Positions 59,297 through 64,000 of a DNA stretch of 64,000 nucleotides are shown piece by piece. The notes beneath the pieces were generated by a model. The model saw nothing but the letters and a program-made list of their open reading frames with translations. It did not search any database and had not been told where the DNA came from. Source of the DNA: Saprolegnia diclina VS20 (taxonomy: Eukaryota); the NCBI RefSeq assembly GCF_000281045.1, contig NW_008246116.1, positions 288,255-352,254 on the forward strand, given 5' to 3'. A program made the translations under genes and the position numbers. How positions within the stretch are numbered: the stretch's first letter is position 1; every line of letters starts with the position of its first letter.

Positions 59297-60690
59297 ATGC
59301 ATCCCGACCTTGGCGGCCTCTGTACGACGACGACGATGAAGATGACGCATGGAGACGGTGGCTCATGCGCTCCTGCTGTAGACAAGACGCCCGTGACCTA
59401 TGCGTACCTCTGCGGTACGGGCCTCGCGTCCGGGGCCGCGCTCTTCCTCGACCGCGCCCATGACCTGCCGCTTGGTGCGTCGCCGACCCTGTCGACCAGC
59501 GAGGGCTTAGGACTGCTGCGTAGATCTCACGATGGTGACCCGCTACGGCCAGTACTGGCGGCTCCTCACGTGCCACTTTGGCTTTCAGAGGTGCGCGTCC
59601 TTCCTTCGGTCCTGCATGTGCCCATGCCATGTAGTGGCATGTCGGTGGCTTTTGGCATCTACCTCATCTTCCACTGCCGCCTCATCGAGCGCCAGGTAGC
59701 CATGTTGATCCCTCCGTGCTCACGACGATAATCCGTTGTCCTAGTTTGGCTCCAAGAAGTTTGGCAGCTTCGTCGTCCTCGTGCTCGTCCTCTCGACGCT
59801 GCTGCAAGCCGCATGCTTGAAGGCCAAGGTGCTCCCATCGATCGCGAGCGGACCGTACGCGCTCATTGGCGCGCTCATGGTCGTCTTCTACGGTACGTCA
59901 TGTTTGCGTCTACCTACGCCATATCCTACTCCTCGTTTCGACTAGGCAATGTGCCCAAGCTGCAGCCCGAGCTCTTCAGTGCAATGGGCCTCCACCTCTC
60001 GGAGAAGGCGTCGACGTACTTTATGATGATCTTGGTACTGTCCTTGCATGATTGCTCTTGTCCTCTTGTCCTCAAGCGGTCCTAGGTGTGCTTGCGCGGT
60101 CTCGACTCGGCGCTGCCATTTGGCACCGGCGTCCTCGTCGGCGCCGTGTACCAGACGACGCCGCTCTCCAAGTTTCGCCTCCCGGGCTTCCTCGTATGGT
60201 TTTTCGAGGTACAACGTGCTTGCGCAGCTCTCTCTGAGGCGCGCGGTAGCTCTTTGCCTCGGTGTTTGCTGTCGTACCCATGAGTGTGGCCGCGCAGCAG
60301 CGCCAGCGCCAGCTCCAAGAAGCGCAGCGCCGCCACGCCCCCGCGGTACATTCCTTTCTGTTGGTGGTCCGCGACTAACTTGAATGATTAGCCAAACGGA
60401 CAAGGGTTCCGGGACCAGCTCTTGCCAGGCATGGGCGGTGGCATGCCCATGCCGGTGGCGGTACACGCTTCGATTCTCGGCATTGCCGTCTTTATTCTGA
60501 CATATGCTAGGCGCCTCCATCCGACGCGGCCATCGAGACGCTCACAGTAATTGCAATTTTCAATGTTTCAAGTCGAATTCACGCGTCTACTTAGTCGCTC
60601 GGGTTTGAACGGGACCAAGCGATTGCGGCGCTGCGTGCGGCCGACAACAACGTGGAAGCCGCGGCCAACCGCCTGCTCAACGGCATGTAA
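59297..60690 (+). CDS. Rhomboid-like pseudoprotease with C-terminal UBA domain (UBAC2/Dsc2-like)
   Basis: Spliced KTPVTY, YWRLLTCHF, FHCRLIERQFGSKKF, ASGPYALIG, GLHLSEKASTY, GFRDQLLPG; UBA GFERDQAIAALRAADNNVEAAANRLL. Confidence 0.85.
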
Positions 60691-60748
60691 CCCACACCCA
60701 ACAAGCTGTCTTTCATTCAAAAGACATTTTTCCATCGTCGTCCGTGGA

Positions 60749-61330
60749 CTACAAGCTCGCGTCCTTGCTCAGAAAGTCCTCGACAGCGTGTTCGATCCAA
60801 ACGGATTCGGTCGCGGCCTCCAGCTCGGTCTTCTGACGCAGCTGCAGCGCCATGCGTTCGTCCATTTGCTGCTTTTGGAGAGCTTCTACTTCTTGGCTCT
60901 GCAGCAGCTGCCGCGCGCCATTCGCCGGCGCGCCATTGCCACTTCGCTCGTGCTTGTGCTTCTCAGCGAGCGCAGTCTTCTCGAACGCTTCCTTCTCGGC
61001 AAGAGCCACGATCGCAAAGGCTTGCTTCTCCTGCAGCGCGGTGAGCTCGTGCGCGTGCTGCTGCGCGAGGGCCTTGGTGCGAAACTCCCACACCTTGGCC
61101 ATCGCCGCGGCTTCAAACGCGTGGCGGGTCGTGGTGCTCGGTGACAGCGGCGTCAACGACACTTCGATAACTTCTTCGTGGAGGGTGTGCTTTTGGTGGA
61201 TGGCAGCCCACTCGCCTTCTTGCTTGAGCTGCAGCGCAGTGCACTCGGACGCGTGCTTGACATGCAGCGGCTGGAGCGAGTAGTGCTCCCGCAGCGCATC
61301 CCAGTTCATCTCGGCTTCGTTCTTGACCAT
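60749..61330 (-). CDS. Hypothetical coiled-coil protein
   Basis: Intronless ORF rich in E/Q/K/A/H helical heptads with coding codon bias. Confidence 0.65.
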   Translation of the reverse strand: MVKNEAEMNWDALREHYSLQPLHVKHASECTALQLKQEGEWAAIHQKHTLHEEVIEVSLTPLSPSTTTRHAFEAAAMAKVWEFRTKALAQQHAHELTALQEKQAFAIVALAEKEAFEKTALAEKHKHERSGNGAPANGARQLLQSQEVEALQKQQMDERMALQLRQKTELEAATESVWIEHAVEDFLSKDASL

Positions 61331-61855
61331 GGTGCTGTTGTTCGTGCAAGACACAAGTGACCGTTGCCACCGCGTACGCACAGAAAGGACGTCCCTTCCC
61401 ACATCGTATTAATTCACAGAGGGTCGTTGGTTCAACGGGTGCTACGCCGGGTCGGTGGCGAGTAGCGATGGGCTACGGCACCCCTCGTAGGCTGCATGGA
61501 AGAGGGCCGAGCTCGCCGGGCCTCGAACCTCTGGTTGTATCCAGTCGGTCGAACCAAAAGATTTTTGTCGAAGCCAACGCCGGCTAACCGCCCATGATAC
61601 TAGAGCCAATGCCGTGGCTGTATCAGACACCCAAACGGCTCGGTTCGGCTCGGCTTGCCTTGAAGCCGAGCCGCGAAAGCGGTGCTCAACCGACCAAGCC
61701 GTCACCTCCACGGCTCGAGCCAAACCGTAAAGCGTCTCTGTCGCGAAGGGTCGGGCTTAGTAGACGCATGTGACGCTGCTGCGTCAACCGAGTGCGATTA
61801 ACACGACCGACTAAATACGAGCTTTGCGATTATCGGCGCGGTTCGATGCTACTAG

Positions 61856-62765
61856 CTATGTGCGCTGCAGCCAGTGCACGACGGCGATCCCGACCAGCCT
61901 ATCTCAAAGGGACGTTGGAGTTGACAGAGGAGACGCGCATTAACGTACGCAAGGACGAGGTAGAGCGCCATGGTCTCGAGGCTTTCTTGGTACTGGATCG
62001 CCGGGGCGGTGGCGAGAGGCAAGACTAGACCAAGACGGAGTGATGCAACCTAGTGTCCAGATGACGCGGAGAGGTACTTTCGCCGATATGGTTGAGAGCG
62101 ACGCGGACGACGCCGCCGTACTCGCGCATGAGCTGCAGCGTGCTCAAGAGGCGGTCACCTGTCTCGTACGATACAAAGACACTTGGCACAAAGACGCTGG
62201 ACGAGTTGCCATTGTCAGGCACCATGCGAATGGCCCACGACCTGTCGTAAGGAATGGGGCGATGCTAGGCGGGATGATGGACTACTCGTTGCGCGGGCGT
62301 GGGTAGTTGTCCATAACGATCACAGCTTTGGCGTGAGCGCGCTGCGCTTGCAGTATCTTGAACGCAAAGTTGCAGCCGCCTCGCTGCACCAAGGCGACTT
62401 TACCCGTGAGGTCCTGCCGCAGCGGCCGGCAGCCGTCGAGTGGCCGCGCTAGACATGCACGCACGTGTAGCTTCATGCAGGTGTAGCACGGCGTTCGTAC
62501 CTGCCACGAGCTCGAGGCCGCTGTACTCGTCTGCGTTGCCCACGCGTCGACCAAACCGGGCATGGCTACCAAGGTGGCATGAGCGACGCGGATGATACGA
62601 GGCCGAATGTACATGTGGCGCAGCGTCGCACAGCATGGCCTACACGCATGCAGCATGAGCGTCTGCCTACGCGCATGGCCGAGCGTACTCTTGGACGACA
62701 AGCGCCGACGTCAGCGTCAGGAGGACCGCGACGACGGCGACGAGCATCGATCGCATCGCTTGCAT
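61856..62765 (-). CDS. Protease-associated (PA) domain protein with signal peptide and C-terminal TM (PRADC1-like)
   Basis: Signal MRSMLVAVVAVLLTLTSA; HARFG, PLDGCRPL...GKVALVQRGGCNFAFKILQAQRAHAKAVIVMD, VPSVFVSYETG; short hydrophobic tail then TAG. Confidence 0.78.
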
Positions 62766-62996
62766 CGCTTGCCTGTCGGTCGCCTCGTGGCGTCTATCGC
62801 AATTGTCCGGATACACATGCTTCCGGATAATCGATGTGGGATATCGGTGGGCGAACGTGTGAAATAGCACGGGAGTGAAAAACCCTTTCCCACGGCAGCC
62901 GCTGCGGCGCGTATCCGGAACCATCCGGATTTTGCGGACGGCGACCACAATCCCATTTTCGCGACCAAGACGACAACGAAGATGCTGCATGCGACG

Positions 62997-64000
62997 ATGC
63001 TCCTCCGCCGCCATGGCCTGCGCGCCCGGCGCTTCTGCAGCGCGGCGCCGACACCGACACCGACGACGCTCACGATCGGCGACGTCCTCGCCGAGCGCGA
63101 GAAGGTCTTTGCGAACCTCGACACGGCGTCGGCCGGCGAGATCCACCCGCACTTTGACCGGTGGCAGTCGATCCAGCACGACGTAGGCACGACGCCGCAT
63201 CGACCTGCCTCAGCACCTGCGCACGTAGGCGCCTGTCCACAGCGCGGTGGATCTCATGGTCCAGCGCAACATTGGCTCGCTCATTGTGACGCAAGGTACC
63301 TTCGACGACGCATCTGTGCACACGCATGTTCATGATGGTATTAGAGGGTCATGGCATCGTGGGCATCGTCACGGAGCGCGATGTGATGAAGAAGATGGCG
63401 CCGCATGACGACGACGAAAAGTCGGCCTCGCACATTGTGCAGGACATCATGTCGAACCACATTCTATGCATTGACCCGTCGACGACCGTCATGGAGTACG
63501 TCTTCATGTCGCGCAAAGATGATGATTCTGATGATGAGGATGGTAGAGCCTTTGCGACGATGACCAAGGAAAACATTCGCCACCTCGCCGTCATCCACAC
63601 GGACATGAAGCAGACGGTCACGAAGGGCCTCGTCCCCATCGATGCGATGCGTAGCGTCCTCTCGATCAAGGTGCGTTTTGCCTCTTTGCGCTGTGCGAAT
63701 GCCACGTCATGCACCTCACGAACGTCGCGTAGGACATTCTCAAGGAATATGCCAACGACGCGGCCAAGAAGAAGGCGAGCCTCGTGCCCGAAGGCGCCGA
63801 GGTGGCGGTGCCGACGCCGCCGCCGACGACCGACGCCAAGCCCGTTGCGGACGCCACGCCTGTCGCGAGTACGTTGCCACGCCTCTCGCATCTCGCATCT
63901 CATGTGTTGCTTGTAGTCACCGCGGGCTCGCTCCTCCGCAAGAAGCATGAAAAGGTCAAGCTCATTCTCAACACGCGCATTGAGGACAGCGTGTCGGTCG
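62997..64000 (+). CDS. CBS-domain protein with putative mitochondrial presequence (3' end beyond window)
   Basis: MLLRRHGLRARRFCS presequence-like start; NIGSLIV, VGIVTERDVMKK, VQDIM, IRHLAV, VLSIKD CBS motifs. Confidence 0.85.

Noticed and set aside
1..64000. CRISPR arrays, rRNA, prokaryotic operons or intact transposons
   Set aside because: No regularly spaced repeats, rRNA signatures, transposase/RT motifs or long terminal repeats were found; the DNA is intron-containing eukaryotic sequence.

Overview
Gene-dense eukaryotic DNA with many short (~40-60 nt) spliceosomal introns and GC-rich, C/G-ending codons. The gene content (START+FYVE proteins, membrane-anchored GH5 glucanases, intron-rich diaminopimelate decarboxylase, ankyrin-PH-C2 myosin, INR/FPR-like promoter motif) points to an oomycete, probably Saprolegniales; this is an inference. 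About 29 protein-coding genes can be supported: two START-FYVE proteins, a permuted papain-like protein, a CDF zinc transporter, V-ATPase subunit a, a HAD protein, CBP20, a leishmanolysin-EGF membrane protease, a cNMP-binding protein, a TlpA-like thioredoxin, LysA, three GH5s, a PDI-like KDEL protein, a 5-repeat Myb, REV1, an unconventional myosin, ferroportin, two RING paralogs, a rhomboid-UBA protein, a PA-domain protein, a CBS protein (runs off the right end) and several hypotheticals. I found no rRNA, intact tRNA, CRISPR array or recognisable transposon. The most notable observations are several apparent pseudoenzymes (a GH5 lacking both catalytic Glu, a PDI lacking CxxC, a papain-like protein with Cys->Ser), overlapping convergent Myb/REV1 CDSs, a GC-AG intron, a 15-nt microexon, a recurring TAGTCG...CGACTA promoter inverted repeat, and a possible ubiquitin/membrane quality-control mini-cluster. 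Gene spans include introns; exon boundaries were read by eye.
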